Shown here: positions 10,930 through 19,679 of the stretch, piece after piece | Numbering within the stretch: the stretch's first letter is position 1 | Layout of the letters: each line of letters opens with the position of its first letter | Origin: an uncultured Actinomycetes bacterium | GTDB lineage: Bacteria > Actinomycetota > Thermoleophilia > Gaiellales > Gaiellaceae | DNA: 64,000 nucleotides | Reading direction: 5' to 3' | NCBI GenBank assembly: GCA_963717475.1 | Contig: OY970337.1 | Location: forward strand, 2,629,653-2,693,652 | Program-made: the position numbers and the translations under genes | The notes under the pieces: generated by a model | Databases searched by the model: none | What the model saw: the letters and a program-made list of their open reading frames with translations, nothing else | What the model was told of the DNA's origin: nothing

Positions 10930-13515
10930 ATGCGCGAGCTCCCCTCCGGCACCGTCACCTTTCTCTTCACCGACATCGAGGGCTCGACCAAGCTGCTGCA
11001 CGAGCTCGGAGACGCCTACGCGGAGGCGCTGGCCGAGCACCGGCGTGGGTTGCGGGCCGCCTTCGAGGCACACGGCGGCGTCGAGGTAGACACGCAGGGA
11101 GACGCATTCTTCGTCGCCTTCGCGCGGGCGCGCGATGCGCTTGCGGCCGCGCGCGAGGGACAGCAGGCGCTTGCCGACGGGCCGATTCGCGTGCGGATGG
11201 GCCTCCACACCGGCGAGCCGATCGTCACCGAGGAGGGCTACGTCGGCATCGACGTCCACCGCGCCGCGCGAATCGCGGCGGTTGGGCACGGCGGCCAGGT
11301 GCTCGTCTCGCAGTCGACGCGTGAGCTCGCGGGTGCGGACGGCCTGCACGACCTCGGCAAGCACCGGCTCAAGGACTTCGACGACCCGGTCGCGCTCTTC
11401 CAGCTCGGCGAACTGGCCTTTCCGCCGCTCAAGACGATCTCCAACACCAATCTCCCGCGGCCCGCGAGCTCGTTCGTGGGCCGGGCGCGTGAAACGGCCG
11501 AGATAGTCGCGCAGCTCCAGAACGGAGCCCGTCTGCTGACGCTCACAGGCCCCGGGGGCTCAGGGAAGACGCGCCTCGCCATCGAAGCCGCGGCCGAGCT
11601 CGTCCCGGAGTTCAAGGCCGGAGTCTTCTGGATCGCCCTGTCCCCCGTTCGCGACCCCGAGCTCGTGTCGCCGGCGATCGCGCAAACGGTCGGCCTCAGT
11701 GCGAGCCTGGCCGAGTCGATCGGCGACCGCGAGCTGCTCTTGCTGCTCGACAACCTCGAGCAAGTCGTCGAGGCCGGGCCCGAGCTCGCCTCACTCGTCG
11801 AGTTGTGTCCGAATCTCAGGCTGCTCATGACCAGTCGCGAGGCGCTGCGAGTGCGGGGCGAGGTGGAGTACCCCGTCGAGTCGCTCGCGGATCCCGATGC
11901 CGTCGAGCTCTTCCGCACCCGGGCGCGTACCGACTCGGATGAAGCGGTTGCTGAGCTTTGCCATGCACTCGACAACCTCCCTCTCGCGCTCGAGCTCGCC
12001 GCTGCGCGGACGACCGTGCTCGCCCCGCGGCAGATTCTCGAGCGCCTCTCCGACCGGCTCGACCTCCTGCGGGGCGGGCGCGATGCCGATCCGCGGCAGC
12101 AGACGCTCCGGGCCACGATCGAGTGGTCCTACGAGCTGCTCTCGCCCGAGGAACGACGGCTCTTCGCGCGCCTGGCGGTCTTCAGCCGCGGCTCAACGCT
12201 CGAGGCGGCCGAGCAGGTGGCCGGCGCCGATCTCGACACACTGCAGTCGCTCGTCGAGAAGAACCTCGTCCGCCACACCGAAGAGCGCTTCTGGCTGTTG
12301 GAGTCGATCCGCGAGCTCGCGGCGGAGCGCCTTCGCGACTCGGGCGAGCTCCCCGATCTGGCGGGCCGGCACGCTGCCTATTTCCGCGCTTTCGCCGAAG
12401 AGGCCGAGGGCGAGCTGCTCGGGCCGGGCTCGAGCGACGCGCTCGACCGCGTCGACGGCGACCTGGACAATGTGCGACAGGCCTTTCGGTGGGGCGTGGA
12501 GCAAGGCGGCTGCGAGCAGGCCTTGGCGACGGTCGTCTCGCTCGAGCGGTTCTGGTCGAATAGAGGGCTGCCGCGCGACCTGCTCGGCATGCTCGAGGCG
12601 GCCTTGCAGGGACGCTGCGCTTCGGTGACGGGCGAGCTTCGTGCCCGGGCCGCCTGGCTCGCCGGCTTCCAGTGGGTGCGCGCGGAAGAACCAAGGCGCG
12701 CGGAAGGGCTTTACCGGGAGGCTCTCGAGCTATTCCTCGAGCTCGGCCAGCGCTACCGGGCTGTGCGTTGCCTCGGCGAGCTCGCCATCGTCGCCCAGGA
12801 GCATGGGCGCGAGGCCGAGGCGGCCGAGCAGGCGGAGCGGGCGCTCGCGATCGCGCGCGACCTCGGCGACCCGCGCGCGCTGGCTGTAGCCACCACGGGC
12901 CTCGCAACAGTCGCCTATTTCCAGCGGGATTTCACCGCGGCGGCGGGTCTCTACGAGGAGTCGCTCCGTTTCAACCGGGAGGCCGAGAATGCTCCCGGCC
13001 CGATTGCAAGTTGCCTCTACAACATCGGGCTTTCGGCTCGGGAGCTAGGAGACTACGACCGGGCGGAGGCCGCCCTGCGCGAAGCCCTCGAGTTGGCCAC
13101 GGGTGCGCGGCACGGCGTCTTGATCGGCAACTCGGCGAACACCCTCGGCTACGTGCTGCTCGCCCGCGGTGACGTGGAGGGCGCCCGTTCGCTGTTCCTG
13201 CACGGAATCGAGGCGTTGAAGGAGCTCGACAATCCCGTGTGGATCTGTTCCGCGCTGAACCTGATGGCGTTGATCAGCGCCGAGCGCGGCGACGATCGTG
13301 ACGCCGCGCTGCTTTGGGGAGCCGTCGACGCTCTGCTGGAGCATGCCGGGAGGACGCAGCTCCCCGAGGACCTCGAGGTCCAGGCGCGTGCGCAGGAAGA
13401 GCCGCGTGTGTGGGCCTCGCTGGGGCAGGTCGAGCGCGCTGCAGCTACGGGGGAGGGTCGGGGCCTGGCGCGGGAGCAGGCAATCGAGCTGGCGATCGCG
13501 CTGGCCGAGCGATGA
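10930..13515 (+). CDS. Class III adenylate/guanylate cyclase + NB-ARC/STAND NTPase + TPR signalling protein
   Basis: ATG 10930 with SD GAGGGA. MRELPSGTVTFLFTDIEGSTKL..VDTQGDAFFVAF..GLHTGEP..GIDVHRAARIA; Walker A GPGGSGKTRLA; LLLLDNLEQV; C-terminal TPR-like repeats. The ORF-track entry 9685..13515 includes a 5' GC-artefact extension. Confidence 0.85.
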   Translation: MRELPSGTVTFLFTDIEGSTKLLHELGDAYAEALAEHRRGLRAAFEAHGGVEVDTQGDAFFVAFARARDALAAAREGQQALADGPIRVRMGLHTGEPIVTEEGYVGIDVHRAARIAAVGHGGQVLVSQSTRELAGADGLHDLGKHRLKDFDDPVALFQLGELAFPPLKTISNTNLPRPASSFVGRARETAEIVAQLQNGARLLTLTGPGGSGKTRLAIEAAAELVPEFKAGVFWIALSPVRDPELVSPAIAQTVGLSASLAESIGDRELLLLLDNLEQVVEAGPELASLVELCPNLRLLMTSREALRVRGEVEYPVESLADPDAVELFRTRARTDSDEAVAELCHALDNLPLALELAAARTTVLAPRQILERLSDRLDLLRGGRDADPRQQTLRATIEWSYELLSPEERRLFARLAVFSRGSTLEAAEQVAGADLDTLQSLVEKNLVRHTEERFWLLESIRELAAERLRDSGELPDLAGRHAAYFRAFAEEAEGELLGPGSSDALDRVDGDLDNVRQAFRWGVEQGGCEQALATVVSLERFWSNRGLPRDLLGMLEAALQGRCASVTGELRARAAWLAGFQWVRAEEPRRAEGLYREALELFLELGQRYRAVRCLGELAIVAQEHGREAEAAEQAERALAIARDLGDPRALAVATTGLATVAYFQRDFTAAAGLYEESLRFNREAENAPGPIASCLYNIGLSARELGDYDRAEAALREALELATGARHGVLIGNSANTLGYVLLARGDVEGARSLFLHGIEALKELDNPVWICSALNLMALISAERGDDRDAALLWGAVDALLEHAGRTQLPEDLEVQARAQEEPRVWASLGQVERAAATGEGRGLAREQAIELAIALAER

Positions 13516-13567
13516 TTCGCGGCGTGCGCGAGCTCCCTACAGGCGCCAACGCGGAGGGGCTGGCCGG

Positions 13568-14173
13568 CTAGGCCTGCGGCGGAGGGCCGCGGCGGGCGGC
13601 TCGGACGGCGCGCACCCGCTTCGTCGTCCCGAGAGCCGCAGCAGCGGCGAGCAGGAGGGCGCCGACAGAGGCGAGGACGAGGAGCGGAATCGGGAGGGAG
13701 TCCGCGTTGCTCGTCCCGAGGCTGTCGATCGTCCTGCGGTAGGCGGAGCGGTCGGGGCCTGCGTTGGCGCGGGTCGCGGTCGGGCCCGATCCGCCGCCGG
13801 AGCTGCCGTTGCTGCCGGAGCCGCCGCTGTTGTGGTCGTTCCCGTTCGAGGAGCTCGAGCTGCCGACCGACTGCGGGCTGCGCGTGCCGCGCTTCGCGAT
13901 CTGGGCCTGCATCGCCGCGTTGATGTCGTCGGAGGCGCTCGAGTAGTCGCGCAGGTCCTCCGGCAGGTGCCGGATCGCGTCGCGGTAGCAATGGAGCGGG
14001 TACGAGCCGATCGCGCGGCCGTTCGACCAGTCGTTCAGAACCTTCTTCCAGCACGGAGTCGACGCGGCTGCCTGGCCCGGAAGGAAGAGGGCCACGAGCA
14101 GGCCCGCTGCGAGGGCTGCGAAAATTGGGATGAGCGCTACGGCTGGGCGCTTAGGCAGTGGACGTTTAGGCAT
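13568..14173 (-). CDS. Hypothetical secreted protein with N-terminal signal/anchor, Ser/Gly/Asn-rich linker and C-terminal TM helix plus basic tail
   Basis: 201 aa. N-terminal AVALIPIFAALAAGLLVALFL; low-complexity SSSSSNGNDHNSGGSGSNGSSGGGSG; C-terminal LPIPLLVLASVGALLLAAAAALG-TTKRVRAVRAARR. Confidence 0.5.
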   Translation of the reverse strand: MPKRPLPKRPAVALIPIFAALAAGLLVALFLPGQAAASTPCWKKVLNDWSNGRAIGSYPLHCYRDAIRHLPEDLRDYSSASDDINAAMQAQIAKRGTRSPQSVGSSSSSNGNDHNSGGSGSNGSSGGGSGPTATRANAGPDRSAYRRTIDSLGTSNADSLPIPLLVLASVGALLLAAAAALGTTKRVRAVRAARRGPPPQA

Positions 14174-14301
14174 AGGTGTAGTGGTGCCCGGAAGACCGGT
14201 CCCGACAGTCTGCCCTGGCTGCGTGATTGGTGCGTGATCCCCAGGTTATCTCTTTGTAAACAAGGGGGCGGACGGGGCCCGATGTTAGCCTCACACCTCT
14301 G

Positions 14302-16227
14302 ATGGGGAGCGCCCTGGAGCGCCGCGCGGCGCTGTTTCCGCTCGCGGCCGCTGGAGCGCTCGTGGGCGTCTCGGCGCTCTTCTCCGGAGGCTCTTCGAAC
14401 GGCCGGTTGACGTGGATCGGGCTTGCCGCGCTGGCCGTTGCGGCCGGTGTCGCGACGGTTGCGCTCGTCTCAGCGCCGCGGCCGGTGCTGCGCCGCGAGG
14501 CGGTGGTCGCGCTTGCGCTGCTGGTCGCCTTCGTGTGCTGGTGCGGACTCACGGTGCTCTGGTCGATCGAGCCTGACCGCTCGTGGGACTACCTCAACCG
14601 CGGGCTCGTGTACGTGGCGTTCGCTGTGATCGGGCTGGCTCTCGGTGCGTACGTGCCGCGGGCGGAGCGCGGGTGGGCTTTCGCGCTCTCCGTGATCGTC
14701 GCGCTCACGCTCGGCTGGGCGCTGCTCGGCAAGGCGGTTCCGGCCCTCGGGTCGTCCGGACGCATTGCGCGGCTCAGCTCGCCGATCGGCTACTGGAACG
14801 CCCTCGCGCTGCTCTTCGACTTCGCTCTGCCACTGGCGTTGTGGCTCGCGTCTCGGCGCGCGCATCCGCACTGGCTTCGCGCCGCCGGAACCGTTTTCCT
14901 CTACGGGCTCGTCGTCGGCGTGCTGATGACGTACTCACGCGGCGGGGTCGTGGTCGCGATCGTGCTGCTCGTCGCCTGGCTGCTCGCCGATCGTGCCCGG
15001 TGGCTGGAGAGTGGTGCAGCGCTCTTGCTCGGCGGGGGCCTGGGCGCGGCGGTCGGCGCCTGGACGTTCACGCGGGCCGGGCTCGCGCACGACCTGCAGC
15101 CGCACTCGGTGCGGGTGCACGACGGGGCCTGGTTCGCGCTCGTGTTCCTGCTCGGGGCTTGCCTGGTGGGCTCGGTTGCGTATCTCGGCTCGCTCGCCGA
15201 GGAGCGGCAGGAGCTCTCCGGGCGGGCTCGCCGGCTCGCGACCCGGGCGGCGGTGTGCGCGCTGGCGCTGTGTCTCGTCGCCGGGATCGCGGTGATCGGG
15301 GCGACCACGTCGCCGTCGAGCTGGGCGCGCGACTTCACGCAGCAGCCGGCGAATGCGGGGGCGGCAAGCGGGCCCGCTCGGCTCACGACGATCAGCTCGA
15401 CGAGCCGCTGGCAGTGGTGGCAGGAGGCGTGGCAGGCGTTCGAGGATCAGCCGCTGCGCGGAACGGGCGCGGCGACCTTCGACCTGACGCACCGGCTGCT
15501 GCGGACGAACCCGGTCGTCGCGACCGAGCCGCACGACCTGCCGCTGCAGCTTCTGAGCGAAACCGGAATCGTCGGGGCGCTGCTGGCGGCCGGGTCACTC
15601 GCGGCCGCGGGGATAGGGATCGTCCGGCGCGTTCGGCGGCTCGGCGGGGAGGAGCGGCCGGTCGCGCTCGCGCTCGCGCTCGGGGTGCTCGGCTTCGTCC
15701 TGCACGCGCTCGTCGACTTCGACTGGGACTTCGTCGCCGTCTGCGCGCCGTTCCTGGTCTCGGCCGGGGTCTTGCTCGGCAGTGGGTCTCCTCTCGTGCG
15801 GGAGCGGCGCTGGGCGCTCGCGCCGCTTCCGGCCGCGCTGGCGGTCGTGGTTGCGTTCTCGCTCCTCACCCCCTGGTTCGCGCAGCGGTCGACCGACTCG
15901 GCGCTCGCGTCGCTCGAGGCCGGGCGACCGGCCCAGGCGGCCCGGCGGGCGCACGACGCGCGCTCGCTCAATCCGCTTGCCTTGGAGCCGCTGTTCGTCG
16001 AGGCGGCCGCCGCGGAGCAGCTCGGCGACCTCGGCGCGGCGCGCGACCTCTACGTCAAGGCGGTCGACCTGCAGCCGCTGAACTGGATGGCGTGGTACGA
16101 GCTCGGGGCGTTCTGGGTCAGCGTCAAGAACCACGAGGCCGCGGTCGCGCCTCTGGAGCGGGCGGTCGAGCTCGACCCGCACGGGACGCTTGCGCCCGCG
16201 TTGCTGCAGCAGGTCAGGCCGCGGTAG
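14302..16227 (+). CDS. O-antigen ligase (Wzy_C) family membrane protein with C-terminal TPR repeats
   Basis: 641 aa and more than 10 TM helices. The ..LMTYSRGGVVVAIVLL.. region is typical of Wzy_C. The C-terminal soluble part has TPR-like AARDLYVKAVDLQPLNWMAWYELGAFW. Confidence 0.7.
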   Translation: MGSALERRAALFPLAAAGALVGVSALFSGGSSNGRLTWIGLAALAVAAGVATVALVSAPRPVLRREAVVALALLVAFVCWCGLTVLWSIEPDRSWDYLNRGLVYVAFAVIGLALGAYVPRAERGWAFALSVIVALTLGWALLGKAVPALGSSGRIARLSSPIGYWNALALLFDFALPLALWLASRRAHPHWLRAAGTVFLYGLVVGVLMTYSRGGVVVAIVLLVAWLLADRARWLESGAALLLGGGLGAAVGAWTFTRAGLAHDLQPHSVRVHDGAWFALVFLLGACLVGSVAYLGSLAEERQELSGRARRLATRAAVCALALCLVAGIAVIGATTSPSSWARDFTQQPANAGAASGPARLTTISSTSRWQWWQEAWQAFEDQPLRGTGAATFDLTHRLLRTNPVVATEPHDLPLQLLSETGIVGALLAAGSLAAAGIGIVRRVRRLGGEERPVALALALGVLGFVLHALVDFDWDFVAVCAPFLVSAGVLLGSGSPLVRERRWALAPLPAALAVVVAFSLLTPWFAQRSTDSALASLEAGRPAQAARRAHDARSLNPLALEPLFVEAAAAEQLGDLGAARDLYVKAVDLQPLNWMAWYELGAFWVSVKNHEAAVAPLERAVELDPHGTLAPALLQQVRPR

Positions 16228-16987
16228 CCCGGAGCCAGATCTGCGTCCAGAACGGGCCGAGCGCACGGTAGACCAGCGGCTCGGCGAAGTGCTCCAACAC
16301 GTCCCTGGGCGCGTTCGAGTAGAGGCGCTTGCGCGTGTTGTGGAAGCGGCGGATGTCGGTGAAGCCCTCGGCGCGGAGGAGCTGCTTGAGGCGCCGCGGC
16401 GTGTAGCCGAGCTCGGTCACGCCGTACTCGCCGGCGGCGTCGCGGCCCTGGAAGCGGTGCTTCCAGTTCGGCTCGGCGAGGAGGAGGCGGCCGCCCGGCT
16501 TGAGCGCGCGGCGGGCGGTCGCGAAGACGAGGTCGGCCCGGGGAGAGTGGTGGAGGGCGTCGTAGAGCAGGCAGGCGTCGAAGCGGCGGCCGAGGTCGAG
16601 CTCCTCGTAGTCGGCGGCCTCGAAGCGGACGTCGAGGCCCTCCTCGCGCGCCAGCTCGCGGGCGATCTCGATCATGTCGGGCGAGATGTCGTAGCCCTCG
16701 GCCTGGAGGCCGTGGCGCGCGGCGAAGCGGGTCATCCAGCCGGAGCCGCAGCCGAGCTCGCAGAGGCTCATCCCCTCACGCAGTTCGAGGAGCTGCAAGA
16801 CGTAGCCGAAGTCGACGAGCAGCCGCGCCGATTCGCGCGGCGTGTTCCGGAACGGCTTCGATCGCAGCCAGACGCGACCGGCCTCACCGATCGCGGCCGG
16901 GTAGTCGATCTCGGCCTGTTTGCGTTTGTCCACGGTGCCAGACACCGTGACGAGAGTGTCACGCAAACGGCGCTCCGCCGCTTGCAT
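16214..16987 (-). CDS. Class I SAM-dependent methyltransferase
   Basis: 257 aa. SAM motif I is LCELGCGSGWMTRFAARHG; post-I is EGYDISPDMIEIARE; then LKPGGRLLLAEP. The 3' end overlaps the convergent 14302..16227 gene by 14 nt. Confidence 0.8.
   Translation of the reverse strand: MQAAERRLRDTLVTVSGTVDKRKQAEIDYPAAIGEAGRVWLRSKPFRNTPRESARLLVDFGYVLQLLELREGMSLCELGCGSGWMTRFAARHGLQAEGYDISPDMIEIARELAREEGLDVRFEAADYEELDLGRRFDACLLYDALHHSPRADLVFATARRALKPGGRLLLAEPNWKHRFQGRDAAGEYGVTELGYTPRRLKQLLRAEGFTDIRRFHNTRKRLYSNAPRDVLEHFAEPLVYRALGPFWTQIWLRATAA
16933..16964. repeat. Copy A of a 32-nt direct repeat with internal dyad symmetry (inside codons ~8-18 of the methyltransferase)
   Basis: cggtgccagacaccgtgacgagagtgtcacgc matches 17001..17032 at 29/32 positions. 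It contains GGTG-N5-CACC and CGTGAC-N6-GTCACG dyads. Confidence 0.7.
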
Positions 16988-17000
16988 CGGCGGTTCGCGG

Positions 17001-17032
17001 CGGTGCCAGGCACCGTGACGGAAGTGTCACGC
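17001..17032. repeat. Copy B of the 32-nt direct repeat, in the divergent methyltransferase / cytochrome c intergenic region
   Basis: cggtgccaggcaccgtgacggaagtgtcacgc lies 14-45 nt upstream of the methyltransferase ATG (16987). Start-to-start spacing to copy A is 68 nt. Confidence 0.7.
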
Positions 17033-17111
17033 GATCTGCCATAGTCCGGCCGCGGTGCGCAGGCCTAAAAGACCCGGCCGCCTCTCCGAGGCCGCTGCAG
17101 AGGCAGCGATC

Positions 17112-17566
17112 ATGCTGATCGTTCTCGGGCTGATGACGGCCGCCGGCTTCGTCGGGATGGGTGATCGGCAACTACGCGGGCGAGGAGACGAAGACGGTCA
17201 CGGTCGCGACGAGCGGCCAGTCCACGACCGGCGAGTCGACGAGCGCGGAGACGACGACCGCCGCGGCGACGACCCAGGCCACGACGACCGCGCCGACGCA
17301 CGACCGGGGGCAACGCCGGGAACCCGGCCGCCGGCAAGGCGGTCTTCACCAGCGCCGGCTGCGCGTCCTGCCACACGCTCAAAGCCGCAGGCTCCCACGG
17401 CACCATCGGCCCCAACCTCGACGAGCGGCGGCCGAGCATGGACAAGGTCGTCGAGCGCGTCACCGAGGGAAAGGGCGTGATGCCCTCGTTCAAAGGCCAG
17501 CTGACCGCGTCTCAGATCAGCAGCGTGGCCGCGTTCGTCTCTTCGTCGACGGGGGGCTCGGACTAA
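17112..17566 (+). pseudogene. Membrane-anchored class I c-type cytochrome, interrupted by two apparent +1 frameshifts (~17157 and ~17306)
   Basis: Three consecutive frames each carry one sensible part. First the anchor MLIVLGLMTAAGFVG (ATG 17112, SD AGAGG). Then the Thr/Ala linker WVIGNYAGEETKTVTVATSGQSTTGESTSAETTTAAATTQATTTAPT. Then the haem domain GNAGNPAAGKAVFTSAGCASCHTLKAAGSHGTIGPNLD..GKGVMPSFKGQLTASQISSVAAFV, with CxxCH and a distal Met, and a stop at 17564..17566. The second shift is at a GGGGG run. 455 nt minus 2 is divisible by 3. Confidence 0.7.
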
Positions 17567-17569
17567 CCG

Positions 17570-18085
17570 CTAGCCCAGGATGACCGCGACCTGCGCGTGG
17601 TGCAGCGCGCGCGGGCGGAGACCGTCGAGCGGCCAGACGAGCCGGATGCCGACGTCGCGGGCGAGCCGGAGCGCCTCGGGGCGGAATCCCGGCCGGTACA
17701 TGACCATCGTCTGGGAGAAGTCGCCGCCGCTCGGCGCGTTGCCGACGACGCGGATCCGGTAGCCGCGGGCCCGCACCTGCGAAGCCTCCGCCGCCGCGGC
17801 GCCTGCGACCCCGTTCGCGTTCAAGACGGTCACGCCCACGGAGCGGCGCGGGAGAATCGCCCTCGCCGGAGGAGCCTTGTGCGCCGCGGCCGCCGGGCGC
17901 TTCACCGCAGCGCGAGCGGCCTTCTCGGCGACCGGCTTGCCAAAGATGGCGGCTCCCGCGATGACGAGCCCGATGAGCTCGAGCGTCGCGATGCCCGCCG
18001 CCACGACGGCGATCGTGCGCCAGGGATGGTGGCTCTGCTGCGGCGTCGGCAAGGCGTGCTCCAAGGCGTGCTCCATGGGGAGCAT
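17570..18085 (-). CDS. LytR_C (LytR cell-envelope-related C-terminal) domain membrane protein
   Basis: 171 aa. One TM helix (IAVVAAGIATLELIGLVIAGAAIF), then VTVLNANGVAGAAAAEASQVRARGYRI..GNAP...TMVMYRPG, typical of LytR_C. Confidence 0.65.
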   Translation of the reverse strand: MLPMEHALEHALPTPQQSHHPWRTIAVVAAGIATLELIGLVIAGAAIFGKPVAEKAARAAVKRPAAAAHKAPPARAILPRRSVGVTVLNANGVAGAAAAEASQVRARGYRIRVVGNAPSGGDFSQTMVMYRPGFRPEALRLARDVGIRLVWPLDGLRPRALHHAQVAVILG

Positions 18086-18118
18086 CGGTTTCGCCGCCGC
18101 CGGGCTTGATCCTTCCTG

Positions 18119-19009
18119 CTAACCCTCCAGCGTGAGGCGCAGGCCGTCCTCGAGGCCGACCTCCGGGCTCCAGCCGAGCTCGCGCGCCGCGAGGGAGACG
18201 TCGAGCACCGAGCGGCGCACGTCGCCCAGGCGAGCCGCCTCGAACCGCGGCTCCGAGCCGACGCCCGCGACCCCGGCGCAGGCGCGGTGCAGGTCGAGCA
18301 CCGACGTCTCGAGGCCGGTTCCGACGTTGAAGACTCCGCCCTCGCGCCCGGCCGCCGCGAGCAGCGCCCGCACGACGTCGCCGACGTAGACGAAGTCGCG
18401 AGTCTGCCCGCCGTCGCCGAAGACGACCGCCTCTTCGCCGCGGGCCATCCGCTCGAGGAAGATCGCCACCACGCCGCCCTCGAGCCCCGCTTCCTGGCGC
18501 GGCCCGTAGACGTTCGCCAGCCGCAGGACGACGTTCCGCATCCCGTGCGTCCGGCCCCAGCCGCGCACGTACTCCTCTCCGCAGAGCTTCGCGATCCCGT
18601 ACGGCGAGATCGGATTGCGCGGCGCCTCCTCCGAAGCAGGCCCGTCGCACTCGCCGTAGATCGCACCGCCGGTGGAGGTGAAGACGACCGGCGCGCCCAC
18701 CTCGCGCGCGGCTTCGAGCACGCTGATCGTGCCGACGACGTTGATCTCGGCGTCGTGGGCGGGGCGGCGCATCGAGACCTGCACGTCGGCCTGCGCGGCG
18801 AGGTGGAAGACGGCGTCCGCGCCGAGCGCGTCGAAGCCGGCGCGGATGTCGCGCTGCTCGAGCCGCGCGGCCGGGTTCACGTTCTCGCGCCTGCCCGAGG
18901 AGAGGTCGTCGACGACCACGACCTCGTCGCCCCGCTCGACGAGTGCGTCGACCAGATGCGAGCCGATGAACCCGGCGCCCCCTGTCACGATCGCCCGCAA
19001 GGCAGGCAT
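18119..19009 (-). CDS. NAD-dependent epimerase/dehydratase (UDP-glucose 4-epimerase-like SDR)
   Basis: 296 aa. Rossmann motif [17 protein letters not shown]; catalytic YGIAK (YxxxK). Confidence 0.8.
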   Translation of the reverse strand: MPALRAIVTGGAGFIGSHLVDALVERGDEVVVVDDLSSGRRENVNPAARLEQRDIRAGFDALGADAVFHLAAQADVQVSMRRPAHDAEINVVGTISVLEAAREVGAPVVFTSTGGAIYGECDGPASEEAPRNPISPYGIAKLCGEEYVRGWGRTHGMRNVVLRLANVYGPRQEAGLEGGVVAIFLERMARGEEAVVFGDGGQTRDFVYVGDVVRALLAAAGREGGVFNVGTGLETSVLDLHRACAGVAGVGSEPRFEAARLGDVRRSVLDVSLAARELGWSPEVGLEDGLRLTLEG

Positions 19010-19082
19010 ATCCTAGGCAGGTGCTCCTCCCCGCACAGACCGCCCGCCCTCGCCCGAGCGGCTGCACTGGAAGGAGCACTAG

Positions 19083-19679
19083 GTGTTCGTGACCTTCGAA
19101 GGGATCGACGGCTCGGGCAAGTCGACCCAGGCCAAGCTGCTCGCCGAGGCTCTCGCGGCGGACGGCCGTGAGGTCGTTCTCACGCGCGAGCCGGGCGGGA
19201 CCGAGCTCGGCGAACGCATCCGCGAAGTGCTCCTGCACGAGGGCGACGTGACCCCGTGGGCCGAGGCGACCCTCTTCGCCGCGGCCCGCGCGCAGCTCGT
19301 CGAGTCCGTGATCGCCCCGGCGCTCGCCCGCGGCGCGGACGTCGTCTGCGACCGCTACCTCGACTCCTCGCTCGCCTACCAGGGGATCGCGCGCGGCCTC
19401 GGCCTCGAGCGCGTGCTCGAGCTCAACCTGCACGCGACCGGCGGAGTGCTCCCGGATCGCACATACCTGCTCCTCGTCGACCCGCAGCTCGCCGCCGGTC
19501 GCATGCCGCCGAGCCGGGACCGGATCGAGCGCGAGGACGAGGACTTCCGCGCGCGCGTCGACCGCGCCTACCGCGAGCTCGCCGAGGTCTTCCCGAACCG
19601 GATCACCACCATCGACGGCAACCGCCCCCCGGACGAGATCGGGCGCGAGATCCTTGACGGCCTTCGACAGCCTTCCTGA
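19083..19679 (+). CDS. tmk: dTMP (thymidylate) kinase
   Basis: GTG start with SD GGAAGGAG. FVTFEGIDGSGKSTQAKLLAEAL..LTREPGGT..DRYLDSSLAYQG. Confidence 0.9.
   Translation: MFVTFEGIDGSGKSTQAKLLAEALAADGREVVLTREPGGTELGERIREVLLHEGDVTPWAEATLFAAARAQLVESVIAPALARGADVVCDRYLDSSLAYQGIARGLGLERVLELNLHATGGVLPDRTYLLLVDPQLAAGRMPPSRDRIEREDEDFRARVDRAYRELAEVFPNRITTIDGNRPPDEIGREILDGLRQPS

Noticed and set aside
16214-16227. 14-nt convergent overlap of O-antigen-ligase-like and methyltransferase genes, and the 4-nt holB/holin overlap at 20736..20739
   Set aside because: Short 3'-3' overlaps are common in compact high-GC genomes. Nothing further supports antisense regulation.
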